A stretch of 64,000 nt of DNA. It comes from an uncultured virus (IMG/VR IMGVR_UViG_3300048592_001370). Taxonomy: Duplodnaviria; Heunggongvirae; Uroviricota; Caudoviricetes. The translations under genes were made by a program, and so were the position numbers. Under the pieces are notes generated by a model, which saw only the letters and a list, made by a program, of their open reading frames with translations, did not search any database and was not told the origin of the DNA. This document shows, piece after piece, positions 1 to 9,191 of this stretch (positions within the stretch are counted from its first letter, which is position 1; each line of letters opens with the position of its first letter). The stretch lies in the IMG/VR virus record IMGVR_UViG_3300048592_001370. The stretch is one strand, 5' to 3'.

Positions 1-201
1 TCTCCATTACGATGTCGGCTAGACTCGTACTATGCGCTGTATTATCGATCGCAGTTCGATCCGCACTACGCATTGCTGTCACGTGGCATTGCCAAAAAGA
101 AGTATGAAATAGGGCCGTTGTTTTTCTACGTTCTGGAAGACGATGCCATTCTGATAACCAGACTCGAAGAGAACCGAGTCACTGAAATGTTGGAGATGTA
201 A
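1..201 (+). CDS. Hypothetical protein, 5'-truncated
   Basis: Frame 1 is open from base 1 to TAA at 199-201, which overlaps the folE ATG (TAATG). Confidence 0.6.
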   Translation, partial: SPLRCRLDSYYALYYRSQFDPHYALLSRGIAKKKYEIGPLFFYVLEDDAILITRLEENRVTEMLEM

Positions 202-839
202 TGAGTACTCCCGATCCGCAATTGGTAGAAGCTTTTTCCCGTGTCATCCACTATGTCGTGTCGCAGTCGGCCCTGACAGCGGCTGAGATCAAGAACGTCG
301 AAGATTCCGCGTCGCGTGTGGCAAAAGGCTTCATGGAAATGGTGATGCCTAAGGACCAGCTTGTCGCCGAACTGCGAAAGAACTGGGCGTCGAAATTCCC
401 GCGTGATGGGAATGAAGACGTGCCTATCATCGAGGGACCGATCTTTACAAGTGGCCTCTGTCCTCACCATCTGTTGCCGATTGTGAACAAGGTGTGGTAC
501 GGCTATCTGGCGTCGCGAAACCAAGATGTGCTCGGCCTATCCAAATTCGTTCGCGTTGCTCAATTGATGGCACGTCGGGCGACCATTCAAGAGCAATACA
601 CGGTAGAGCTGGCCAAGCTGATATCCACGGGGCGCATCCTGACCAAGCTGGGCGATGAGGGCTTTATCCTGATAGGCGAAGCTATTTCTCCGTCAGCGGC
701 CGTGTATGTTGAGGCCGAGCATATGTGCATGGCGTGTCGAGGTGTTCGCTCCCAGGCCCATACGCATACGTCTTACTTCACCGGCGTTTTCATGGAACCG
801 GTGTATCAGAACATCTTCTGGAACATGGTCAAAAAGTAG
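201..839 (+). CDS. folE: GTP cyclohydrolase I (FolE)
   Basis: Motifs LCPHHLLP, GLSKFVR..ARR..IQE and EAEHMCMACRGV; Zn ligands present. Confidence 0.93.
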   Translation: MSTPDPQLVEAFSRVIHYVVSQSALTAAEIKNVEDSASRVAKGFMEMVMPKDQLVAELRKNWASKFPRDGNEDVPIIEGPIFTSGLCPHHLLPIVNKVWYGYLASRNQDVLGLSKFVRVAQLMARRATIQEQYTVELAKLISTGRILTKLGDEGFILIGEAISPSAAVYVEAEHMCMACRGVRSQAHTHTSYFTGVFMEPVYQNIFWNMVKK

Positions 840-846
840 GAGGAAC

Positions 847-1380
847 ATGTCTGCCGTCAAGGAACTGCGACGTCGGTTGAAAACAGACGAGACGTGGCAG
901 AAATACCGTAGAATAGTGGAACATTCGTGGGATACTTCCTTCGATACGTTTCTGGACGAGATTCAGAAGATGCACAAGGGCCGAGCATTGCGGATACTCG
1001 GCCTTGATAGCAGTCATCCTTCCGGGAAGAAGTTGGCGAAAGCCGCTTTGGTCGACCAGGCCTATCGCTCACGTTGCGTAGAGATCGTCATGACACTCAC
1101 GCGTAACAGGAACAACTTGCATTACGCTATCGACACGATCAAGAAGCACCTCGATGCCAATTATCGCAGCACCTTGATTACGTTGGGTGTGCGAGGCGTC
1201 ACGGATCGCAAGCAGTTGATCGCCAGCCTCTTATCCTCCGCGACACGAAAACTTTCCGACATCGATACCATTGTCGAAATAGCAGACATGGTCATCAAGG
1301 ACATTGATCAAGGCACTTGGTGCATTAAGCACGCGGTGGACGCTATCCAGGTAGCTACTAAGCGCCAATATGGTGTGTAA
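847..1380 (+). CDS. Hypothetical alpha-helical protein
   Basis: ATG at 847 after AGGAGG; fills the gap after folE. Confidence 0.75.
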   Translation: MSAVKELRRRLKTDETWQKYRRIVEHSWDTSFDTFLDEIQKMHKGRALRILGLDSSHPSGKKLAKAALVDQAYRSRCVEIVMTLTRNRNNLHYAIDTIKKHLDANYRSTLITLGVRGVTDRKQLIASLLSSATRKLSDIDTIVEIADMVIKDIDQGTWCIKHAVDAIQVATKRQYGV

Positions 1381-1381
1381 C

Positions 1382-1555
1382 ATGGATCCTCTTTTTGCTA
1401 TCATTCTTTGCTTCCTTGCATTCAGCCTCGGCTACTTGTTTGGTCACAAACAGCACTGGTTCTCAGACCTGCTCCTGGCCTTGTCGTGGATGTTCGCCGG
1501 CGTCCTGATTACGCTGGCTTTCATTCTGGTCCTTTTTATCATCCCTAACTCTTAG
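1382..1555 (+). CDS. Small two-TM membrane protein
   Basis: 57 aa, two hydrophobic stretches. Confidence 0.6.
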   Translation: MDPLFAIILCFLAFSLGYLFGHKQHWFSDLLLALSWMFAGVLITLAFILVLFIIPNS

Positions 1556-1564
1556 GAGAATACA

Positions 1565-2260
1565 GTGGAAGAACTCAAACCCAATGCTGTGATGCTGGAC
1601 TTCGAGACACTGGACACGAGCGAACGACCCGTGCTTATGTCAATCGGGGCCGTGGCGTTCAATCTGCTTAACCGCGACACTGTCGAGTCCCTACGTGTTC
1701 CAGGTCGCGGTTTCTACTCCACTTTCAACCTCGACGACCAGTTGTCTGTCGGCCGAACCATCTCACAAAGCACTCTGCTGTGGTGGAACCAGCAATCCGC
1801 AGAGGCCCGTCAATTGTTCACAACGCTGCAAACGATGGACGTTTCCAAATCCGTAATGCAGATGTTCCACACTTTTTGCACGAGTTGGTTGTCAGACGAA
1901 TTGTGGTGCAACGGAGCCGCTGACGACGGGAAGTGGTACGCAACCTTCTGCGCGGATTTCGGGATCAAGCCGCTGTTCCGATACAGTAAAATATCCTGTG
2001 CCCGGACGATCTACAAACTGGCGAAGGTGAAACCCGACGACTTCAAGGTCGAGGGTTTGGTTGCCCATAACGCAATCGACGACTGTATCGGCCAGATTCT
2101 CAAATTGCAGCATTGCTATCGTCTGCTAACCAAGGAACCACCTGTCATTGCAGAAGTGGCTCCTACTGAGGTTGCCGAACTAGGCCTCGTACAATTCACG
2201 GGACAAGGATCCTCGACACCTCTGGGAACTCCTGTTCAAAACGGACCTGCTAAAACCTGA
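1565..2260 (+). CDS. DEDDh 3'-5' exonuclease (DexA/Rv2179c-like)
   Basis: ExoI LDFETL, WCNGAADD, ExoIII HNAIDD. Confidence 0.85.
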   Translation: MEELKPNAVMLDFETLDTSERPVLMSIGAVAFNLLNRDTVESLRVPGRGFYSTFNLDDQLSVGRTISQSTLLWWNQQSAEARQLFTTLQTMDVSKSVMQMFHTFCTSWLSDELWCNGAADDGKWYATFCADFGIKPLFRYSKISCARTIYKLAKVKPDDFKVEGLVAHNAIDDCIGQILKLQHCYRLLTKEPPVIAEVAPTEVAELGLVQFTGQGSSTPLGTPVQNGPAKT

Positions 2261-3804
2261 TGAAAGTTTTTCTGACCGAACGCCTGTGGCTTCCGCTTAA
2301 CGATGAGACACAAGAGCTGATTCGCAAATTCACCATTAAGCTCTACAAGGAGGACGCGTGCTCGAAGTGTGAGTACCGTCCTGAACGTCATTGTGACGTT
2401 TGCGACGAGTGTCCCGCCTTCTTCGGAGAGTACAAGCTATGGCGTAAAAAAGAGGCAAAATCCGGCAAAATCTACGTCGGATTCCCTCTCGGTCGTCGAA
2501 AGTACTTCAAGGGTTTTCTGGCGAACGTAGACGTAAAGGATCAGCGCGGCAAGACGCCGTTTCGGAACGACATCCGATTCATCCGTGAGCTGAATGCGGA
2601 GCAAGAGCCAACTGTCGCGCAGATGCTGAAGAAGAAATACGGCATCCTGGAGGCTCCTCCGCGTAGCGGCAAGACAGTCATGGCCACGTACATTGCGTGC
2701 AAGTATGGTCGCAAGACACTCATCTTGGCAAACCAGCACGACTTCTTGCAAGGCTTCTACGACACCCTCATGGGGAATGAGAAAACGGGTGTAGCCCCAT
2801 TCACAAACATCCCCGAGCTTCAAGGCAAGCGCAAGAGCCCTATCGTTTCCTTCGGCAAGTCTTTTGAGGAGATGAAACACGCAGACGTAGTCCTATGTAC
2901 GTACCAAAAATTCCTCAGTCCCAAGGGACAGAAGCTTCTCTCCAAGATCAAGAGCATGTTCGGGACCGTCATCATTGACGAAGTCCACCGCACGGCGGCT
3001 CACTGCTATTTGAAGGTCGTGGCTCAGCTGAACGCACGTATGAAGTTTGGCCTGACAGGAACGGTCGAGCGCAAGGACAAGAAGGACATACTCACGGATT
3101 ACGTACTAGGGCCGGTGAATGCGCGTTGCGAGGTACAGGTGTTGCGTCCGGTAGTCGATATAGTCGAGACGGGTGTGTCGACGAATTATCAGTATCGGCA
3201 GTGGACATACGCTATGAACTTCTTGGTGAAGCACAAGAAGCGCAACCAACTCATCGTGAAGCATGCGATCCATGACCTGAAACTCGGTCGTTCGATCATC
3301 ATACCTACCATACGTGTGGGTCACGCCAAAGAGCTGACCAAGATGATCAACGATAAGCTAGACGAAAAACTGGCCGAGGTCTTCTATGGCGCTCAGCCAA
3401 AGGCGCTGCGGACGTCGATTATAGAGGATGCCAGGAATGGTAAAATAAGGGTGGTGGTTGGGATGCGACAGTTGGTCCAATTGGGACTCAACGTGCCCCG
3501 TTGGGATACGATCTATGTGATCTCCCCCATCTCCAATCCGCCAAACTTTCACCAGGAGACGTCGCGGATCAGAACACCTAACAAGGACAAGAAGGAACCC
3601 ATCGTCAAGTTTTTCATTGACGACTTCGGACCAAGCAAGGGATGCTTTCGGACTTGCTGGTGGCAGACAGTGAAGAAGGAAGGCTTTCGTGTTCCACGTG
3701 ACGTAGAAGCAATTGCGTTCAAGTATTTGAAGAAGACAAAGGGTTTTGGCGAGTCTAGTGAATACGGAGACACTAAGGTCGCTAAGTTCAAACGAGGCTT
3801 CTGA
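2260..3804 (+). CDS. SF2 DNA helicase (UvsW/XPB-like) with N-terminal Cys cluster
   Basis: APPRSGKT, IIDEVH, GLTGT, QETSRIRT; CSKC and CDVCDEC near the N terminus. Confidence 0.88.
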   Translation: MKVFLTERLWLPLNDETQELIRKFTIKLYKEDACSKCEYRPERHCDVCDECPAFFGEYKLWRKKEAKSGKIYVGFPLGRRKYFKGFLANVDVKDQRGKTPFRNDIRFIRELNAEQEPTVAQMLKKKYGILEAPPRSGKTVMATYIACKYGRKTLILANQHDFLQGFYDTLMGNEKTGVAPFTNIPELQGKRKSPIVSFGKSFEEMKHADVVLCTYQKFLSPKGQKLLSKIKSMFGTVIIDEVHRTAAHCYLKVVAQLNARMKFGLTGTVERKDKKDILTDYVLGPVNARCEVQVLRPVVDIVETGVSTNYQYRQWTYAMNFLVKHKKRNQLIVKHAIHDLKLGRSIIIPTIRVGHAKELTKMINDKLDEKLAEVFYGAQPKALRTSIIEDARNGKIRVVVGMRQLVQLGLNVPRWDTIYVISPISNPPNFHQETSRIRTPNKDKKEPIVKFFIDDFGPSKGCFRTCWWQTVKKEGFRVPRDVEAIAFKYLKKTKGFGESSEYGDTKVAKFKRGF

Positions 3805-4427
3805 TGCCTATAAAAAGAATCCAACTAGAATCTGTCCGGTCGATTACGCACCATATGCTGACCCGGGGTATGCCACGCGACATTTTGCGTATGCGTCCAT
3901 TTCCCGTAGGTCAGCATGTCTTGTCTATACGCTCGGACGTGGAAGGTCTTCGCACGAAGAAGATTCCTAGACAGAGGCAGTTGGCTTACTTGGAAGACGT
4001 CTGCGAACGTCCCTTCAACAACCCCTACATCATGATAGTAGGGTCGATTCCAAACGACGCAAAAGCAAAACTGACCGCCGCCTACATCATGGAGAAGGCC
4101 GTCAATTCACACGTTCGGAATAAGTTCCCCAACAAGACGCGTAGCCGTCGCTTGCCTCTATGGCACACACTTACAGGAGCCTTTGCAGACGACCTTCGTG
4201 ACAACCGAGGAGAGGAGAATCCCTCCATGCTCGTGCTGTCTAACATTTCCGTCGAGTCTTCCAACGTGAAGATCGAGAAGCTGCGCGACATACTCGAATT
4301 GTTCAATCATATACCCAGAGTGGTAGTAATAACGGGTTGCGATCCAATCACCTTCGTCAATACACGTCTTCGGATGGCTATCAACTACTGCGTCCATCTG
4401 TCGACGGCACATAAGGTAGAGCTGTGA
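3804..4427 (+). CDS. Hypothetical, possibly degenerate DnaC/IstB-like helicase loader
   Basis: Overlaps the dnaB start; strand order resembles DnaC but Walker motifs are degenerate. Confidence 0.4.
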   Translation: MPIKRIQLESVRSITHHMLTRGMPRDILRMRPFPVGQHVLSIRSDVEGLRTKKIPRQRQLAYLEDVCERPFNNPYIMIVGSIPNDAKAKLTAAYIMEKAVNSHVRNKFPNKTRSRRLPLWHTLTGAFADDLRDNRGEENPSMLVLSNISVESSNVKIEKLRDILELFNHIPRVVVITGCDPITFVNTRLRMAINYCVHLSTAHKVEL

Positions 4428-5821
4428 AGCTACTGTCAACGTCCCTAGAACTCAAAGCAATAAAATCGATCTGCAGCGCAGACGAGCGGACTGCTAGTCA
4501 CATCCTGTCGGGGTTGGCCAAGGATTCGTTCTACTACAAGCCGGCCAAGGAAGCTCACGGTCGGATATTGTCCCTGCTCAAGTCACGCGGTACGCTCCCT
4601 GATTGGAGCGAGATCTGCAACGACCCGGCCGTCTCGGAGAGTACGAGGAACGTTCTCAAAGCCTCCGACGAGAAGGCCATCCGCTCATACAAAAAGACGC
4701 GAATCGACGGGTTGCTGAACACGTTAGAGCGCTACAGACAGCTTCGTGGTATGTTGAGCATTGCGGACACGACGCTGAAGAAACTTGAAGACGAGAACGT
4801 AGACCTGGATGTATTGATGGACGAGGCCAGCTCCAAGTTGGCAGACGTTAGAGTGCAACGGCAAGCCACGGAAAGCATTGTCCACTTCGGCAAGGGAAAC
4901 AATGCCGGCAAGGTAATGAAGGACTTGCTGCGTGGTAAGCGCAAGGCTTTCGTCCCTACCGGATTTAGAGCGTTCGATAAACGGAACGGTGGGTTCCATT
5001 ACGGTAGCTTGGTAGTCATAGGTGCAAACACAGGTGGCGGCAAGTCCGCTCTTGCGAATCAGCTGCTCGTCAACATGACGTCCATGTACGCCGAGGATTG
5101 TTGCATTGTACCTTTGGAAATGAATGCGACAGAGATGTCGGCCAGGATAATAGGTTGCCAGACAGGTCTAGAAGTATCGAAGATCGCACAGAAGAAGCTG
5201 TCCAAGGACGAAGAGAAAATAGCGATCAAGGCTTACGCCCGTTTCGTGAATGGCCTAAAAGCGAACGAGACCAGGTACTCGATCTATGTGCCGGAGCAGG
5301 ACATGTCCCTAGAGGAAATCCTCCTCGTTGTCAAACCCTATCGGTACCGGGTAGTCATTATCGACTACATCTCCTTGTTGAAGGGAGTCGATGGTGACGA
5401 TCAATGGAGGAAGCTAGGCGCGGTGGCACGCTTCGCCAAGATATACGCGAAGACAACGAACACCATAGTGATCCTCTTGGTGCAGTTGAGCAAGGACGGA
5501 GAACTGAAGTATTCCAAGACGATTGCGGAGCACGCAAACAATGCCTGGTTCTTCGTCAATAATGGCACTCCCGGTGAGGAGACAACCATATGGGATATTC
5601 GACAGATCAAGGCACGTAATCAACAGCTGTTCAACTTCCAGCTCCTATCTCATAACCTGTGCATGAAGATCACCGATGTCGAAGAAGGGCACGGAGAGCA
5701 AGAGTCAGAATCGAATGACAAGAAAAAGAAGGGATCGGACGAGGAATACCTAAGTGACTTGAACGAAGCGTCCGAGTCTGACGATGACGATGACGACGAG
5801 GAAGAAGGAGACGACGAATGA
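4424..5821 (+). CDS. dnaB: DnaB-like replicative helicase with acidic tail
   Basis: VPTGFRAFD, GANTGGGKS, LEM, IIDYISLL, LLVQL, KARN. Confidence 0.9.
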   Translation: MKLLSTSLELKAIKSICSADERTASHILSGLAKDSFYYKPAKEAHGRILSLLKSRGTLPDWSEICNDPAVSESTRNVLKASDEKAIRSYKKTRIDGLLNTLERYRQLRGMLSIADTTLKKLEDENVDLDVLMDEASSKLADVRVQRQATESIVHFGKGNNAGKVMKDLLRGKRKAFVPTGFRAFDKRNGGFHYGSLVVIGANTGGGKSALANQLLVNMTSMYAEDCCIVPLEMNATEMSARIIGCQTGLEVSKIAQKKLSKDEEKIAIKAYARFVNGLKANETRYSIYVPEQDMSLEEILLVVKPYRYRVVIIDYISLLKGVDGDDQWRKLGAVARFAKIYAKTTNTIVILLVQLSKDGELKYSKTIAEHANNAWFFVNNGTPGEETTIWDIRQIKARNQQLFNFQLLSHNLCMKITDVEEGHGEQESESNDKKKKGSDEEYLSDLNEASESDDDDDDEEEGDDE

Positions 5822-6471
5822 GCAACCCCTTCGGAATAGTAGATGAAGAGGAAGGCGTTTTTGATACGCCGGATCCAGATAAGGCCGAGGAAGGGGCTAG
5901 CGCTCTGGCGAGCCACATAGGTACTCGCTTCCAGGGTGTGAAGCGTCGCACGCGCACTGTGCTAAAACCCAATGCCTTCCTATCTAGTCAGAAGCCCTCC
6001 AAGTTTCTCCGCGTGTCTAAGAACAGAAAACCTGTTCCGATCCCTTCTGACACGGAGGAGCAAGAATTCAAACGCAAGAAATTGCTTTCGCACTTGGCGA
6101 ATCTAGCGGATGTTCCGCCGGGTATTCAGGAAGAGTTCATCAAGCAACTCAAGTTGCACACAGAAGCCATTCGGGATTTTCTCGTCACACAGATAGCACC
6201 CTTCGAGGTAGGGATGGAAGCCGCGTTGGAAGAAGCAAGCGAGGCGCTAGAGCTCGTTACGGGTACGAAGAACGCAAAGATCGAGTTCTCCCGTCCTCGG
6301 CGCATAGCCGACAAGATGTCAGAACTGAAGACGGTGGACTTTTTGTGCAAACAGTTCAGTGTCCCAGACGACCTCCGCAAAGTAATTTTAGAGCAGTTCT
6401 CCTCACGAGAAACCCCAGATGAAAAATTGTCTCTCTTGCGAACGCTTTCAACATTGTACCAAGCCAAATAA
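5818..6471 (+). CDS. Hypothetical protein upstream of terminase
   Basis: ATGA overlap with the dnaB stop; 217 aa. Confidence 0.65.
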   Translation: MSNPFGIVDEEEGVFDTPDPDKAEEGASALASHIGTRFQGVKRRTRTVLKPNAFLSSQKPSKFLRVSKNRKPVPIPSDTEEQEFKRKKLLSHLANLADVPPGIQEEFIKQLKLHTEAIRDFLVTQIAPFEVGMEAALEEASEALELVTGTKNAKIEFSRPRRIADKMSELKTVDFLCKQFSVPDDLRKVILEQFSSRETPDEKLSLLRTLSTLYQAK

Positions 6472-8668
6472 GTCTGCCCTCTACGTCTGCAAGAAGTATC
6501 AGCGGAAAGAGAAGAGACAATCCAAGTTTGTAGATAGGCTGTTCGACCAAGAGTCTGAACGGCCTTTGTCATCTTCGTCCAAGATAGAGGATCTGGACTA
6601 CTCTAGCCTGGAACTCAATCTAGAAGGTATGCTGGACGATCTGATCGATCCACATACCAAGATGCCTCGCGATTTGAAGATCGATGATCGCGATCACAAA
6701 GAGTTCCCCAACTATAACGAGTTCGTCACTTCCAAGCACGGACTCAATCTCAAGCCATTCGCTCGTCAGTTGTTCATCATTGCCAACCTGTTCCATGAAA
6801 TCTGTCCGGATTGCTCCAAGAAGGAATGGACACGTTTGGAAGGGGTGCCTGTAGATGCTACTGTCGATCAGCTGAGCGAAAACCTCGTCTATCTAGAATA
6901 CGGCAAGTGTCCGTCCTGTGGCCAGACAAAGCTCGACTTCTTCCGCAATGGTAGGCTACGTGCCTATCAGGAACTGGCGGCACTTTGTGGACAACGGGTT
7001 GGCAAATCAACAATGTTCGTAGCGCCCGCGGCCTGCTATCTGTTGCACAAGTATCTCAAGCTCCAACGACCCTACGACGTGTATGGACTGAATCCTACAA
7101 CCCTTGTCGGAACGCTGGTTGCTCAGACATACGCAGCCGCTTATGAACAGCTCTTTATCCCTATGCGGACGTATTTGGAAGAGAGCGAGTGGTTCACACA
7201 GTACCATGAAATGCTCAAGGACTATGGATTGAAGTACGGCCAGGAATTCTTCAAGTTCCAGCCGACCCTTGTTCACTACAATCACAGACAGCTCCTTGTG
7301 TATCCCTCGGGACCGAACAGAAAGACGTTGCGCGGCAAGACGCGATTCCTGTACGCGATTGACGAATGGGACTTCTTCGATGCTGACGAGGATTCAGAAA
7401 AGGTGAAGATGAACGGCGAGGAAGTCTATGCCTCGCTCGACAACTCTCTCACCAACATCCGAGCTTCTTGGATTGACCTTATCAAGGCTGGCAAGATAAA
7501 CACTCCGAATGCTTATGGCCTGACAGCGTCCTCTCCTCAATACGCACATGGAGTATTGGTCAAGCACGTGGATCAGCACAAGGACTCGAAGAAGATATTC
7601 ACGGTTCATGCGTCTACGTGGGAGATCAATCCGAAGCTAACCCGCGCTAAACTTGCAGCTCGCTTTAGAAGCGATCCAATCAAGGCGATGCGTGACTTTG
7701 GAGCCGTGCCACCCAAGTCGGAAACGCCCTTCATCGAGGATCCGGCTCAGATAGAAAAGCTGGTTGATCCCAATCTGCACAATCGCGTTCGATACGAGTA
7801 CGAGACAATCAAGACAGAGCTATCGACACGACGGGCGGCCAAGATCATCAAGATGTCTCCGCCGAATCGAGTGCGGCCTAGTCTCATGTCAATCGACGCG
7901 GGCTACAACAATAACAGTTTTGCTCTGACCATAGGACACCTCCATCCGAATCCGAAGAGCCCGGCTCGCTACGTTTTCGACGTAATGGTCGAGATAGCAC
8001 CCATACGCAAGAAACTCCCTTTGCACTATTCGGTGATTGCGACGCAACTACTGTATCCGTTGATCGAAGCCTTCAATGTGAAAGCCGTGTTCGCAGATAG
8101 GTGGAACTCGCTCAAGCTGTTGCATGACATTGAGCACAAGTACAAAATCCCGGCTCTTCAATACAGTATGAAGTACGCCGACTTCACAACCATTCGTGGT
8201 TATGTGGATGACGCAGTGCTCCGTATTCCACAATTCGAGCAAGAGAGGAAACTCAGGTCGAATCCGGATGTCGGCAAGTATCCGCATTGCTTCAAGTACG
8301 CCCCTGTTTCCCATCTGTACTATCAGGCCCTTACGGTTCAGGATACTGGAAGGTCGATTGAAAAGGGCAAGGGCTTGACCGACGACATCTGGCGCGCTCT
8401 CTGCCTTGGATTGCGTTGGCTGCTAGATGAAAAATTCACGGCCAAGTATCTGCGTGGTGATATGACAGGACGGGCCAGAGGTGGTGTTGCCGCCATGGCT
8501 AGTGCTACATATGGGAACATGGCATTTGGTGGTACTGGTATGCAAATGGACAGGTCCGAAATCGCGCAACGTGCGAACAATGTAGCCGCCAGTTCCTCAG
8601 CCCAGTCGGCAACAATGTTCACTTTCGACCCCAACAGAATGAATGCGATTGGCGTCACGTCCAGGTAA
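6419..8668 (+). CDS. terL: Terminase large subunit
   Basis: Walker A GQRVGKS, Walker B YAIDE, coupling motif ASSP, RNase H-fold nuclease SIDAG...DD. Confidence 0.85.
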   Translation: MKNCLSCERFQHCTKPNKSALYVCKKYQRKEKRQSKFVDRLFDQESERPLSSSSKIEDLDYSSLELNLEGMLDDLIDPHTKMPRDLKIDDRDHKEFPNYNEFVTSKHGLNLKPFARQLFIIANLFHEICPDCSKKEWTRLEGVPVDATVDQLSENLVYLEYGKCPSCGQTKLDFFRNGRLRAYQELAALCGQRVGKSTMFVAPAACYLLHKYLKLQRPYDVYGLNPTTLVGTLVAQTYAAAYEQLFIPMRTYLEESEWFTQYHEMLKDYGLKYGQEFFKFQPTLVHYNHRQLLVYPSGPNRKTLRGKTRFLYAIDEWDFFDADEDSEKVKMNGEEVYASLDNSLTNIRASWIDLIKAGKINTPNAYGLTASSPQYAHGVLVKHVDQHKDSKKIFTVHASTWEINPKLTRAKLAARFRSDPIKAMRDFGAVPPKSETPFIEDPAQIEKLVDPNLHNRVRYEYETIKTELSTRRAAKIIKMSPPNRVRPSLMSIDAGYNNNSFALTIGHLHPNPKSPARYVFDVMVEIAPIRKKLPLHYSVIATQLLYPLIEAFNVKAVFADRWNSLKLLHDIEHKYKIPALQYSMKYADFTTIRGYVDDAVLRIPQFEQERKLRSNPDVGKYPHCFKYAPVSHLYYQALTVQDTGRSIEKGKGLTDDIWRALCLGLRWLLDEKFTAKYLRGDMTGRARGGVAAMASATYGNMAFGGTGMQMDRSEIAQRANNVAASSSAQSATMFTFDPNRMNAIGVTSR

Positions 8669-8671
8669 CAA

Positions 8672-8687
8672 TAATTTCATAGGGAAC
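8672..8687 (+). promoter_or_regulatory. Candidate late promoter motif TAATTTCATAGGGAAC, copy 1
   Basis: Intergenic; 15/16 identical to 11735-11750. Confidence 0.5.
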
Positions 8688-8703
8688 ATGGAGGCGAACT
8701 CAT

Positions 8704-8931
8704 ATGACCAAAATCGTTGATCCGTTAGGTATTGTCAACAACCAACAAAGCACACTCGTGACGGCAAAGACCGTCACTTCTCGTTTTGATCACGGGGCAA
8801 GTCTGGAAGATTGTCCTGTCTGCTTGTCAGAAGGACGGTCGGAGTCCAGAATGAAGGTTCTGTCCTGTGACGGTATCGAGGCATACACCTGTCTTGAGCA
8901 TTGCGTCTGCTTGCCGGTGGAGAACCACTGA
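8704..8931 (+). CDS. Small Cys/His (Zn-binding) protein
   Basis: CPVC...CLEHC; GGAGG RBS. Confidence 0.7.
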   Translation: MTKIVDPLGIVNNQQSTLVTAKTVTSRFDHGASLEDCPVCLSEGRSESRMKVLSCDGIEAYTCLEHCVCLPVENH

Positions 8932-8932
8932 C

Positions 8933-9190
8933 GTGATAAAAGTCCTGAGCCGTCCTAATACGGAGAAGCTGCTCGAAGACGGGGAAGCAACTCGCATCGA
9001 GCTAATCGTCACTAATCGCTACGACTTCGATAAGCGCCTCCTTCGCTTCCTCGAACAGGTAGCCAATCTTTCCCAGATTGGTGCCAGCCGGACGATTGGG
9101 GTGACAGACGATTCCGAGTACGAGGACGTCAAAATCTTCATCGACGGAGATGGCTCGGACAAGATCTGGGAAGTGACAAAGGTAGAATAG
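8933..9190 (+). CDS. Hypothetical protein (GTG start, IKVLS leader)
   Basis: Fits exactly between its neighbours. Confidence 0.6.
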   Translation: MIKVLSRPNTEKLLEDGEATRIELIVTNRYDFDKRLLRFLEQVANLSQIGASRTIGVTDDSEYEDVKIFIDGDGSDKIWEVTKVE

Positions 9191-9191
9191 A

